Numbered from the stretch's first letter, positions 40,749 to 54,200 are shown. The stretch is DNA of 64,000 nucleotides from Octopus vulgaris (GCA_951406725.2 OX597815.1:18600001-18664000), one strand, 5' to 3'. Numbers and translations are program-made. The notes: a model not told the origin generated them from the sequence alone.

Positions 40749-41129
40749 ATATATGCTTGAATTTATTTAATTTATTTCTTCTTTTGCAGAATTAAATCCA
40801 GCCACAAACAGATTTACAAGGTTCTTTTGTTTAAGACGAGATAGCTCTTGGTGTACATGTGAATTAGTTATATGTATGTTCTGTGAATGTAGGTAATTGC
40901 GTATATATCTTTGTACATATGTGTGTGTGTGTTTGTGTGTGTGTTGTGTGTGTGTGCGTGCGTGCGTGTCAATACGTTCCGTTCGTATGTACAGGATAGA
41001 TAATGTATTTGAAATAACAATGAGAGTTCACCAGCTGTGAAGCATAATTTCACGGGTGACAAATATCATAGAATAATGCTATTGTCTCCACTTTTGCTTT
41101 CTGATAAGAAATACCTAAAACATTTTCGT

Positions 41130-41285
41130 GATATATATATACATATATGTATACATATATGTATAAACACTATACATGCATACATACATACATACATACA
41201 TACGTACATACATACATACATACTACATACATACATACATACAAACATACATACATACATATATACATACATATATACATATTTT

Positions 41286-41354
<69 letters not shown>

Positions 41355-41417
41355 CTGTATTTATGTATATGTATGTACACACACACACGCACACACATAC
41401 ACACATGTATGTATATA

Positions 41418-41459
<42 letters not shown>

Positions 41460-41574
41460 CATAGACACACAGACACACACATATATACACACACTCATGA
41501 TGCACTTGTGTGTAGTTTCTACATGTAAGTGTATGTCCACTGTTGAAGTAACTGAACGTGCGTGCACCTATCCA

Positions 41575-41630
<56 letters not shown>

Positions 41631-41660
41631 GCTAGCTAGCTAGCTAGATAGATAGATGAC
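41130..41660. repeat. Compound microsatellite (TA, CATA, CA, CT, CTAT, TAGC)
   Basis: Direct inspection. Confidence 0.9.
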
Positions 41661-42251
41661 TGTCTCTGAATCTATATACCTACATTAATTGATGAAAGTA
41701 ATCTATATTTTTTTTTTATTTTACTGCGTATCAGAATTTCGTTATCAATGGAAGTTCGAATATTTCTCATGCAGATGAATAGTTTTAATCAATCAGAGAA
41801 ATATTGACTTGTTTAAAATGCAATAGACCACTTATGCTACTAAAAGTATAGAAAAAAACTTTCTCTGAACAATATTATATCAAACTGTATAAAAAATATT
41901 ATTCATTTGTTTTCCAACAGATACAAAATACTGAACGAATAATACAACGTACGATGCAACTAGTTTGTTAAATTTAAATTATTTTTTTAATGACATCATA
42001 TAGTGACTGTTTTATTTTTTACATACAAATTTCTAACTTTTCAGTATATCAATTTTCTCTTCTATTACAATTATTTTTTTTCTCATTTTCTCAGGCTTCT
42101 TTATTGCATCGTTTTTTGAATGACGTTTTAAATGTTTCAGGACGAGATCTGCTATTTCAGAACCAATTGTAGAAGAGTCTCTTCTCTATCCAATTTGGGC
42201 ATTTGTGGTTTTGTTAATTGTTTCATAGGTCTTGTTATCAGTAAAAAAGCC

Positions 42252-42408
42252 AGGAGTGGCTGTGTGGTTAGTAGCTTGCTAACCAACCACATGGTTCCGG
42301 GTTCAGTCCCACTGCGTGGCATCTTGGGCAAGTGTCTTCTGCTATAGCCCCGGGCTGACCAATACCTTGTGAGTGGATTTGGTAGACGGAAACTGAAAGA
42401 AGCCTGTC

Positions 42409-42480
<72 letters not shown>

Positions 42481-42690
42481 TTGTGTGTCTGTGTTTGTCC
42501 CCCTAGCATTGCTTGACAACCGATGCTGGTGTGTTTACGTCCCCGTCACTTAGCGGTTCGGCAAAGGAGACCGATAGAATAAGTACTAGACTTACAAAGA
42601 ATAAGTCCCGGGGTCGATTTCCTCGACTAAAGGCGGTGCTCCAGCATGGCCACAGTCAAATGACTGAAACAAGTAAAAGAGTAAAAAGAG
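42252..42690 (+). mobile_element. SINE family B
   Basis: Full-length homology. Confidence 0.85.
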
Positions 42691-42990
42691 AAAAGGGTAA
42701 TTAAATCTATATTACCACTGATAGTAACTTCTTGAAATCTCACTTCCTGTGCTATATCTGGAAGTATCATAACATATTGAAACGTTTCACCTTCCACCAC
42801 GTTTTCGTCTAACTATCGTAGCATATCATTTTGTACTGTCTTCAACGAGATACGATGCATCACCTCTTTCCAGGGATCATTAATTTATGTATATACATTT
42901 TCGCGTCACATAAATTTTACTTCGCCGATATTAATACTGAGAGCGAAGAGAACACACAAAAAGAACACGACAATTTGCCTTATATTTATA

Positions 42991-43390
42991 TTAGCAGTAT
43001 CGCCCGGCGTTGCTCGGGTTTGTTTCGACCCTTTAGAATTGGAATTTTTTGAGAAGTAAAACTTTTGCATTATGTAGCTTGTTATTCTCTTTAAGTGACC
43101 ATTTTACTGGTTGAAATACAACGCAAAATGGCGACGCAGCAGTCAAAAAATCGTAAAAAATAGGGATTTTTATAGAAAAAAAAAGCACCTTTTTGATGTA
43201 AATAATATTTGGTGTTAACATAGTCCGATTTGAATTTTTTCTTCTACGGAATGAAGAACAAGCCTTCTTTTATCATACTCTCAATTTTGTCAACGTGCGC
43301 CGTAGGGTCTCGGAGGAGATAGTGTTAGTTGAAGGCTACCAAATCTGCCATACACACACACAGACAACCTCAGCTTTATATATAGAGAGA
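42991..43390 (-). mobile_element. Non-autonomous Helitron
   Basis: Minus strand starts TCTCTCTATATATAAAG and ends CCCGAGCAACGCCGGGCGATACTGCTAA, the same 3' end as the 30378 element. Confidence 0.8.
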
Positions 43391-43729
43391 TGTGCACATG
43401 TATGCGTTCGCACATGTATGCGGAGGAATGTTCATGGCCTAGATTCTAGAATATTCAGCTTACGATCTTAAGGCCGTAGATTCGTCGACGCGTTGTCTTT
43501 CAGTTTATACTTCTTAATTTAATCTTTAAGTCATACAAGCTCGTTATACTAGAATGCAAGAGGCTGTGCCGGTTCTATGGAGAGCAGCCACCTGAAAATA
43601 CAATTATGCCCCCCCCCCATACAAATGTAAACTCACAGTAGTAATAGAACCGTTCTAACGTTGCAACACACACAATTCACCCTCAAGGAATCAGTGGAGC
43701 TGTTACTGGCTGATGTCAATAATGATAAT

Positions 43730-43920
43730 AATCTACTTCCTGGAACAAAGACTAGAGGATATGAAGTGACTTTCCTGCAGAAGGTTCTCGAACGGTTAGC
43801 ACCTAACTTGGCATTGAAAACTGTACCAATGACTGAACTTCGTCCTCACCGCATAGTCCTAAGACTTTCAATTACTCCATCAAATATTCGAACATGCAAC
43901 AATAGCTGAGGCTTATAATT
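43730..43920 (+). mobile_element. CR1-like LINE C-terminal fragment
   Basis: KVLERLAPNL...HRIVLRLSITPSNIRT parallels KILEGIVPIFGIES...HCIVSKIPAMPSCFRT at 62.4 kb. Confidence 0.5.
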
Positions 43921-44476
43921 CAACAAAAATACAGCTCTTAGAGAGATTATAGCGAGGTGTGGGGGTATTTTAACATAGCCATAGACATTGGGATGGATAT
44001 CTAAAAAGAACATGTATTTTTGAGATCACTCATAAATACGTACGAATAGTTATATTTTAGAGATTTTATACTTCAGCAAAGTATCTCCTTAGTTTCATAA
44101 GAGCTATTGAATTATCAAAGCAGAAATAGTTTGCTAAATCATTAAATTTGTAAAATATAACTATTCGCTATCTTCAGCACACATTAATTCGCTTTTCGAT
44201 TTCTATTCTCCTTGATTCAGGAATGTTCATAATTATACAAACTAAAGTTTTCTAACAAGTGTATTCAAAGATTGTGACCACCACTGCATTTGTAAATTAA
44301 ATAAATTTACTGGCTACACATGATAGGCGAAAATATCTTTCATATTTACACAACCATATTGTTGGAAGTGAGATAGAAACCGAATGGACAATATCGTTCC
44401 AGTCGTTCTAATATACGCTTTCAACCCACTCAGGTAGGTTTTTTTTGGCTGTTATTTCTCCAACGTAAATTACTAT

Positions 44477-44709
44477 CTATTTCTTTACTACCCACAAGGG
44501 GCTAAACACAGAGGGGACAAACAAGTATTGACAGACGGATTAATTCGATTACATCGACCCCAGTGCGTAACTGGTACTTAATTTATCAACCCCGAAAGGA
44601 TGAAAGGTAAAGTCGACCTCGGCGGAATTTGAACTCAGAACGTAACGGCAGACGAAAAACGGCTACGCATTTCTCCCGGCGTGCTAACGTTTCAGCCAGA
44701 TCGCCACCT
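44477..44709 (-). mobile_element. SINE family A
   Basis: Homology to the other copies; short TSD aattacta. Confidence 0.85.
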
Positions 44710-45030
44710 TTTAATTACTACCGTGCAAGCAGTATTTAGTATTCATAGTAAAGCTTACTGTTGGGTTAGACAGAAAACTAATAATTTTAATAAAAACGTT
44801 TTATACAACATCGTTACATTCCGCATTGAGTTTGTATAAACATGATAGAATTTTATGTCTTTGTCATGTATCTAGCTAATTCAAACGGTTACATTGGCAG
44901 CTAGTGTCTCTGGGTATGTGCTTAAATTAACTTCGTTATGAACTATAAGCATTGCCGGCTCGTCAATAATTTACACATATACACGCGCGCATGTGCACAA
45001 AAATACACACATGAGTTACATACACACATA

Positions 45031-45438
45031 TACTCTTTACTCTTTACTCTTTTACTTATTTCAGTCATTTGACTGCGGCCATGCTGGAGCACCGCCTTTA
45101 GTCGAGCAAATCGACCCCGGGACTTATTCTTTGTAAGCCCAGTACTTATTCTATCGGTCTCTTTTACCGAACCGCTAAGTGACGGGGACGTAAACACACC
45201 AGCATCGGTTGTCAAGCAATGCTAGGGGGACAAACACAAACACATACACACACACACATATATATATATACATATATACGACAGGCTTCTTTCAGTTTCC
45301 GTCTACCAAATCCACTCACAAGGCATTGGTCGGCCCGGGGCTATAGCAGAAGACACATGCCCAAGATGCCACGCAGTGGGACTGAACCTGGAACGATGTG
45401 GTTGGTTAGCAAGCTACTTACCACACAGCCACTCCTGC
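45031..45438 (-). mobile_element. SINE family B
   Basis: Full-length homology. Confidence 0.85.
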
Positions 45439-46002
45439 GATATACACATACTTATACACAGACGTACACACTCAGAAACACATATAATACATATAATATG
45501 CCGGTGTTACGTGTCTATATGATTGAACAAAACAGTAGAAAATGAGTGCTCAGTATGTGTAATGAAGTTTATTTAATAATTAAATATTGTGGTTTCACCT
45601 ATGTGACCTAGAGTGCTATCTGTCACTAGATAAATAGGTAAATACTGTTAGAAAGAAGGAGACGAGTAAGAAATATAAATGAGGAATAAGAGAAAAAATA
45701 TCTACTGATATAAATAATATAACGATGCGTTTCTATACAAATAAAGAGCAATCTTTTTATACATGACCTACATTCTTATCTGCATCGATTCTTATAGTAA
45801 ATGTGTTTTCAAAATATCTAAGTTTCTTTTAGAATTTCTATAAACTTGTAAAATATATTGCAGATATAATGAATGTTATTTTTCTGTATCATACATACAC
45901 AAGTGAATGAGAATGCATGGATTTTTCGCGTGTTACTTGAAAATAGTTTTCTCGTTTAAACTGTTTTACGAAGCTAAATTAAATTTATTACTTTATTTAT
46001 AA

Positions 46003-46393
46003 CTAGCAGTATCGCCCGGCGTTGCCCGGGTTTGTAAGGGAAATAACTATATAAGCATTTTTAGAGAGATATAGCCAAAAAATAACAAAAAAATGCAATT
46101 AAAAATGGAAAAATAATGATGGTAATTTTTTTTTATAATCGTTGACTCATCGTAGACATTTTTAGAGAGTTACTTCCCTTAGCGAAAAAATGCATTAAAA
46201 TGGAAAAAATGATGGTAAATTATTTTTAAAATCGTAGACTCATCGTAGACGCGCGCTAATGCCCAGAAGGGCTCGATATGAATCACGACTATAAGATACC
46301 CGGTTTTGGTTAAACTGCACCGCAAAATGTGGGATTAGTTAGGAATCTAAATCGTAGGAGACAGACACACAACTTCACTTTTATATATAATGA
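46003..46393 (-). mobile_element. Non-autonomous Helitron flanked by a ~200-bp direct duplication
   Basis: Minus strand reads A|TCATTATATATAAAAG...CCCGGGCAACGCCGGGCGATACTGCTAG|T. 45802-46002 matches 46394-46593. Confidence 0.85.
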
Positions 46394-46907
46394 TGTGTTA
46401 TCAAAATATCTAAGTTTCTTTTAGAATTTCTATGAATTTGTAAAATATATTGCAGATATAATGAATGTTATTTTCTGCATCATACATACACAAGTGAATA
46501 AAAATGCATGGATTTTTCGCGTGTTCCTTAAAAACAGTTTTCTCGTTTAAAATGTTTTTCGAAGCTAAATTAAATTTATTACTTTATTTATAATATTTCT
46601 GTGATGGATGTATAAACTTAAAATTATAGCTGCTTTCGATGATTGCAGTTTCGTGTGAGGAAAGCAGACACTCTTTTAAGAATGGTAAGTTCACTTTGAT
46701 ATTAATGACGTATAGACGTATTAAAAAGATAAGGTAAATATTTTAAAATACTCTCAGGAGATTCTTATCACAATAAAATGGCTACATATTGCTAATCTTC
46801 TAAACGGTGGAATATATATTTTAGAAAGTGATAGTTATTCGTATTAAAATGATGCGAAAACAATAAACTATCGTGTCTGAATCTCTCTCTCTCTATCTCT
46901 CTCTCTC

Positions 46908-46950
<43 letters not shown>

Positions 46951-47319
46951 CAATTATACAAATATATACAAATACATTTATACAATTATACAAATATACT
47001 TTTTCAAAGAGATATGATAATCCTATTATAATGGGTAATACTACGTGTACTTTTTATATTGTGATGTAATCATTGGACTAACAATGTTTGCGACTGAAGA
47101 GAGCTTTAAACCGTCTTTTATATCAATAATACAGTGATGTAATAACAGAATGTTTATAAAGCTTGAAACACGGGTACCGCAATATCCTTTGTGTTCTGTT
47201 TTTAATTTATATTTGATATATTCTCTCACCTCTGCCACTATCTGGCATATACAGGTGCTTACACTTATCAACTGTTCATTCTAAATCTCTAAATTTACAG
47301 TACCTACTTTTATATGTAT

Positions 47320-47400
<81 letters not shown>

Positions 47401-47456
47401 ACATTAGAGGTATGGCAGTGTAAGACGGTCACTATATTGTGAGTGAAAATGTCTCG

Positions 47457-48415
47457 TACAGTTTATTGGGGATAAATATGACAGTTTGCATAACAGGAAC
47501 AGAAAACATAGTATCTGATCTAAAAAAATATCAGCTAAATTATGGCTGGGAGATAACAGTGCACTGAAAGTGGCGGGTTTCTCCTTCTTCTACCATGGCC
47601 TCAAGACGCCTCTGAAACCTGGCACATGCGTCCCTCACTGTGTCCCAAGGAAGCTCTTCGATCACCTCCTTGATTTTGACCACCAACTTGACTTTGGTGC
47701 AGCAGTTCTTCTTCACCACACCCCACACATAGTTATCCGTGGGATTACAATTTGTGGAATTACGATGATAGAAAGAGGGGTTTGTGAAGTCGTAAAAATT
47801 CTCCGACAACCACTTCTGAAACTTTTCGGCGGTATGACAGGGAACCAAATCCTTACTGCCACACATATAGCTTCCCCAGCGGTAATCTTCTCCAGTCGGC
47901 AGCAACTTTAGATAGCCTTCTGAATTGAGTCTAAGGCCCTATTCAAAGATGATGAGCGTCATGGCGTCACAATCATTGAAGGAATACCCAATGATCAATA
48001 TTTTCTTACTGACCACGGATTCGTTGTCCTCGTTGCAGCCTTCTGAATTGAAACTAACTCCCTATTCAAATATGTGGGGATGAAGTCCAGCGTATGGGCA
48101 CCGTCAGAACGCCTGTTGTGTCCTTTCTTGCTGGTCATGGTTTCGTCGTCTCTGTTACATCTGCTCATGTCATGTCTTACAGTCTTTACAGTGAAAACAG
48201 GGCATTCGGCAGCAATCATGATGTAGGCATTTTGATACGAGTAACTCGTTTCCAGTATTCAGATGGACTTCCAGTCTTCCATGCCACTTTTACTCAGCTT
48301 GAAATGTAATCATAATGCTCTCCAACGCCTTTGACTGTTCACCACTACATCAAGCTGTTCCCGAAAAAAGCGGCTAGAAAAGAAAAATCTTCAAATTTTG
48401 TCCGAACAGACTGTA
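47457..48415 (-). mobile_element. Decayed Tc1/mariner-superfamily transposon (maT/DD37D-like)
   Basis: CHTAEKFQKWLSENFYDF..NSTNCNPTDNYVWGVVKK...DACARFQRRLEAMVE. Ends are TA-CAGT ... ACTG-TA. Confidence 0.75.
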
Positions 48416-50136
48416 TATATTTTATTCTTCAAATTTTTATAAATTAGCGGTGGTGCCCCAGCATTGGCGCGGCCTTCGGGCTAAAACATTTTAAAGGATT
48501 TTAAGGATTTTTAAGGATATTTTTATACCTAAATTAATATAAAGGAATATCCAATAAAGAATCCATATTGTTAGGCATCTGATACACGCGAGTCTCATGA
48601 CTTGAGCTTCAGCAACACGAACATTATGGTAATAATAATATTTCATACATTTAGAGAAATGAGGTGTAGTCAACAGGAACTGCTGGAATGACAGATAAAG
48701 TCAATTCATATCAGCCTGCATGTGAAATCAGTCAACCACGAAGTAAATTCTACACCATATTAGGCTGAAGAAAAATGACGAAGAACCAGTTAATTACGGA
48801 TTGCTCTATTCTGAAACGGAGAAGTTGCTCCTTAGTAGTATTTGATTGGGTGATGACATGGCTCTATAATATCATTTACTATTGTTCAGAAAATATTTAG
48901 ATTTATGGAAAATGCTCTTTGAAATGTTGGGTAGACAACCTGAAATGTTTATTAATTTGTAGATAGTGTTACAACTTTGAAAGGATATAGCTGATTAACT
49001 TGGATACATTTCCCTATGGATAGATATTTCATCGACATTAGAATTACGTAAGCTTACGTATACAAAGACAAGATTTCAACACAAAACAATGACCTGAAAT
49101 TGAATAATGTATTTATTCTCATCCTTTACTCTATCAACCGTCTTGTTTTGAAAAATCTATTTAAACAGTGAAATATTAGCTTATTTTGTAGATTTAATTA
49201 CATATCTATTTTATAGCTGACATATACCTTTGCTCATAATTATTATTTCAACTTACCACTTTGGAGAAATTTATAGTTAAAACAATATATCAATAACTTA
49301 TATCTTGTTGCTCACTAAGAATAAAGTCTTTAACATATTCGATAATAATTAGTTAATAAGTACCGAATGCAACTTTGTTTCATATGATTTCATGGAAACA
49401 ATATGAGCTGTAATCAATTAGAGTGCTTAAGATTACAAGAATTCCTCCCCATATCTGCAACATAAGCTCAGTCATAAGATCGTTGAACTCATTTGGTTAT
49501 CAACTTCTCTCTTTGTATCTAATGCCGTTTTCAATTCCTTTGAGTTGTTGCAGTTCATGATAGGAATTCAGAAGCTTAAATCTGCTAACTGGAACGTAAG
49601 CCAGAACTCTTCGGCGATTTTGCATTAGGATACAGGCTTAATTAAACTTGCATTAATTTCGAACATCCTGACTGTCGCAACAAAGTATTCCTAATTTTTC
49701 ACTGAAATTTCAACAGTCGTGTTGTCAAACGTTGCTTTTGTCATCGGCTAAACACTATGAACGGTTACATAATATCGACTGAACATAGTTCAAATTTATC
49801 AGGAACGAGGACATTTTTATAACCAACTTTTCACACAGATGGCTCATTCTCGTCAATGGCTTGTTTCATTATTAGTAATTGTTGATGTTATTTTTTAGGT
49901 ACATTCAAACTTGAGTGAGTAAGCCAGTGATGAGAAACTGGTTCTAACTGCGACAATCTCGCCTGTTTATATGTCATGGACTACGTTATATAATGCAAAC
50001 CACCCCCTTTTCAAAATCAGTTGGCGCATTTGAGAATGATTTAACTACTGTTTCCTGCAGATTACTGATATTATTGCATTGAATGTGTCAGTGATCAAGT
50101 CGTAGATGTAAGATGAACTATAGCTGTCATGGTTCT

Positions 50137-50331
50137 GCGTGGCTTAGTGGTTACGGTATCAGCATCATGATCGTAAGATTGTCGTTTCCATTCCTGGACC
50201 GGAGGACGCGTTGTGTTTGTTCTTGAGCAAAACACTTCATTTCACGTTACTCCAGTCCACTCAGCTGGCAAAAATGAGTAACGCTGCGATGGACTGGCGT
50301 CCAGTCCAGCTGGGGAACTCATACGCCATTG
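50137..50331 (+). mobile_element. SINE family C (3' truncated)
   Basis: Close homology to the 29779 copy. Confidence 0.8.
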
Positions 50332-50832
50332 GACTGCAATTATGTTGTGACTCAACTTTGAGTGAAATTCTTGCCGATTATATAGGTTGAGAAGGTAGTA
50401 ACAGCGTCCCCCTTACCCACTGAAAGAGTTTTGATAAAATTAAGCCAGAAGTTGAGGAAAAGCTAGTAGTTTACAATACCTTCTGTAGCACATGAGTGAA
50501 GTCTGGACAACCTATTCTCGGTAGGAGAGAAGTCTCAGGTCTATTTAGAAGAAAAATTCCCCCTGCCGCATGCTGGCACTTGCTGACAAGATTAAATGCT
50601 CGACCCTGATGTATGACCTGCATCGGCCACTTCAACTTGTATATTTTGCTACGTGGAGGATGTCATGTCACTGAGAAAAATATATACGTATATACGCAAA
50701 TATCATTTAGAATTGAAAGCAGGAGTTTTGTGTAATTCTAATTTATGACTGTTTTTTTTTACTTCATGTTTTGTACGAATATCTCACGCATCCTATGGAA
50801 CAAACAATATACTAAAATTTATAGTTATCAAC

Positions 50833-51167
50833 CAACAATAAATATCTGAACGAGGTATAGACAGTAACTGCACGACAATGTGAAGTATATTTGCCATCTA
50901 AATGTGGCTAACCACTAAGCGTGGATGTTACTGTAGCTTGTAGCCCCAGGAGAACATCTTCTCCAGCTGGCTATTGACACACTTTCTGTGCCCTATCGGT
51001 ATTTGCAAGGGAAGGATGACCTCCCTTTGCAAATACCGATGGGGCACAGGAAGTGTGTCAATAGCCAGCTGGAGAAGATGTTCTCCTAAGATGTTACTGT
51101 AGCTACAAGCTACAGTAACATCCACGCTTAGTGGTTAGCCACATTTAGATGGCAAATATACTTCACA
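50833..51167 (-). mobile_element. Fold-back PLE-like insertion with 14-bp target-site duplication
   Basis: Palindrome at 50877-51169 with loop ATGA at 51016-51019. TSD ttatagttatcaac at 50819-50832 and 51168-51181. Same family as 15-323. Confidence 0.8.
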
Positions 51168-52762
51168 TTATAGTTATCAACGTTTTAGACAATCACATCT
51201 CGCCACCAGAATAGAAAATATTATTTGTTTGTATAACTGTCTCCTTTTCTGTTAGTAAATGCGGTTCTATAGATTTTATCGCATAACTTTGTTTAGATCT
51301 TCAAATGCTATATTCAATTAGTTACACCGTGACTTTGCTTCTGATGTGTGAACCTTGCCTGTGTATGTATTTTCGAATTGTGCGTACTGCATTGTGTGTA
51401 ATGCTTTCATTATTACTCATCTATTTCATGGATATTTTCTATTGCAAGGATGTGTTCTCTGCTTAGTGCCTTCCTATCTCGTCTTGCTTTATGTTCAACG
51501 TCGTAGTGTGTTGCAATTGTTCCTTGTTATAAGTGCATGGCGATGCCATAAGAGAGCGTTGCACTTTTATTTCCAACTAACAGAAATACCCAGCGTTGCT
51601 CGAGATTTAAATGGAATAGTCTGTATATGTGGTACAGTTAAGTTGAAATATAAGGAAGAGAAGCATTGTGGTGTAAATGAAGGGCTAAGTCGACTAAGTG
51701 ACATGTCATGCGTCTGTTTGGAAGATTCCAGGCCCTAACCTTGTCATGGAAAAGTGGGTGGTGGGTATAAAATGCTCTCAGTTGAAATACTTCACTTCGC
51801 GGCTGGCTGTCGTCGCCACCGCTACCAGACCGAACAACCGAACAATCAGCAGACATAGGAACTACATCTATGTGATAAGTTAAGCCTGTGGGTGCTCTCA
51901 ACAGCACCACATGAGAGAAACCTACATGAAAGAAATGACTTTATGAAATGAGTGGGATTGGCAAGTAAGGACTTGAAAACAACACTGCCATGTAATATTT
52001 CAGTTTGGAATAAATTGCAGTGGTTCAAACGTACATTCCCTCGAGTAAACAGCGTGCGACCATTGTGAGGACATCGAGGTACACAAGGTAACATTAAGCT
52101 TGGTTCACCTGGCGTTGCTTTGCTGACGTAGTTGAGAATCCTTTGCACTCTTAAGGTGCGACTATTGAGAGGACAACTCAGCTCCCAACCGAAAACGATT
52201 CTTCATGTAGCGTCCGAGCACGCGAGGTCACATTAAGGACACTGTCTCTAAGTAACGTGTTTTGATCTTGGGTTTCTTCTATGCTTAAAAGGAAGACTTT
52301 GATACTGAGGCTAAAAGAAAATATTTAAATAGCTGCTCAAGATTTAACATATTTTAGCCTATTTTTCATAATAAACGTAGTGCGTTCCAAACGGTTTTTA
52401 TTCCGAAAAATTACTATCTATGGTACTACGGCAAAAGATTATAATTGCTGCTACTCAGACGACGCAGTTTGAAGTCTACATCGGTTCATCCATTTAATAC
52501 AACCTACTTATATAATTTCAGTAGCTGTTTTTTTTCCACTTTGAACAGAAGCAATGCGTGTACCAAGCGGACAGTCATACGTACCACAGGAAATGAGGTT
52601 TTGTGCCCCAGGGTGCTCATTACTTGTTAAGTGAAAAATGTTAAGGGCCTAAAGCGATCTCTGGAGCATATGTAACGTATGTTCCCAGTTTAGAGAAAAT
52701 CTGTTGCGAATTTCAGAAGTTCTGCGGGTTTACACATGCACACACACACACACGCACACACA

Positions 52763-52870
<108 letters not shown>

Positions 52871-52899
52871 ATTTAACAGAAGTCACAATCATTTCATGG

Positions 52900-53105
52900 A
52901 TGAAGGGGAGATAACGTCAAGAATCAAAGTAGATATGCTATGAAGGAAAAAGGAAGGTTTATGCCTGCAGATAAGAGAACTGTCGTACTATTTACCCACA
53001 TATCCACGACTATCTTCTTATCTTCAGGCAATAAACATGAATTTTCTTTGAGCGCATATCAGCTCCGGGGGTTTCTTGATTCCTGAGATTATCTTCCCTT
53101 TTCAT
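52900..53105. repeat. Old imperfect fold-back between (TA)n arrays
   Basis: atgaaggggagataa..tcaagaatcaa pairs with ttgattcctgagattatcttcccttttcat, and gtttatgcctgcagataaga pairs with tcttatcttcaggcaataaac. Confidence 0.6.
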
Positions 53106-53285
53106 ACAGAGCGGATCGCAATTACTATCTGCTAAATTTGATTCACATTCAGTAGAGATTTTTTTATAAATCAAACGTTTCCGTTAAACGTGCTTGATAT
53201 ACCTGTATTTTTGTATATACATGCATATCATCTATACATGCTTATATAAATAGGCACACACACATACACACAGAAATGCCATACA

Positions 53286-53338
<53 letters not shown>

Positions 53339-53349
<11 letters not shown>

Positions 53350-53676
53350 TTAGAGACAAAACCACTATTATGCAAATCAAACAAAGAAAGACTTGATCCA
53401 ATACATAGAAAATTTTATATAAATTAAATATAATTAAGAAGGTCTTGAAACCACCTGATGAATGTCCATAGAAGTGACAAGAAACGATCGTAGTGGATAT
53501 CTTAATTATATTTAATTTATATAAAATTTTCTATGTATTGGATTAAGTCTTTCTTTGTTTGATTTGCATAATAGTGGTTTTGTCTCTAATTAATATTATA
53601 TTATATTTTACTATAAAATTGGATTCAATCCTAAATCTGATTTTTCCCTGTAAATTTGGATTTATTCCCTAATATT

Positions 53677-53680
<4 letters not shown>
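53339..53680 (+). mobile_element. Hammerhead-bearing PLE-like fold-back element in (TA)n
   Basis: 101-bp inverted arms at 53339-53439 and 53500-53600 (one mismatch seen), with a hammerhead in the spacer. A diverged second 3' terminus lies at ~53742-53818. Confidence 0.75.
53451..53496 (+). ncRNA. Minimal type-I hammerhead ribozyme
   Basis: CCAC-CUGAUGA-A-UGUC-CAUAGAAGU-GACA-A-GAAA-CGAUCG-UA-GUGG. The core is intact and helix III is palindromic (ACGAUCGU). Predicted cleavage is after GUA (53492). Confidence 0.75.
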
Positions 53681-53734
<54 letters not shown>

Positions 53735-53815
53735 TATATTATATATTGTGAAATTTGATTTAGAATTTCTAAATTGAATTTTTCCCTGTAAGTTTGGAAT
53801 AATATTCCCTCATAT

Positions 53816-53849
<34 letters not shown>

Positions 53850-53850
53850 T

Positions 53851-54200
53851 ACTCTTTTATTTTTTCACTTGTTTCAGTCATTTGCTGCGGCCATGTTGGA
53901 GCACCGCCTTTATTCGGACAAAACGACCCCAGGACTTATTCGTTGTAAGCCTAGTACGTATTCTATCGGTGTCTGTTGACGGACCGCTAAGTGAAAGGAC
54001 GTAAACACACCAACATCGTTTGTCAGGCGATAGTAGGGGCATAAACACAGACACACATACAAATACATACACATACACACATGCGCGCGTACACACACAA
54101 ACACACGCTCACACAAGGCTCAGGTTGGCCTGTGGCTATAGTAGGAGACACTGTCTCAAGGGGCCACGCTGTTGGACTGAAATCGAAACTGGTTGGGAAG

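Noticed and set aside
51574-51612. Possible fourth Helitron 3' end (ctaacagaaatacccagcgttgctcgag)
   Set aside because: It is degenerate and no matching 5' TC terminus could be located.
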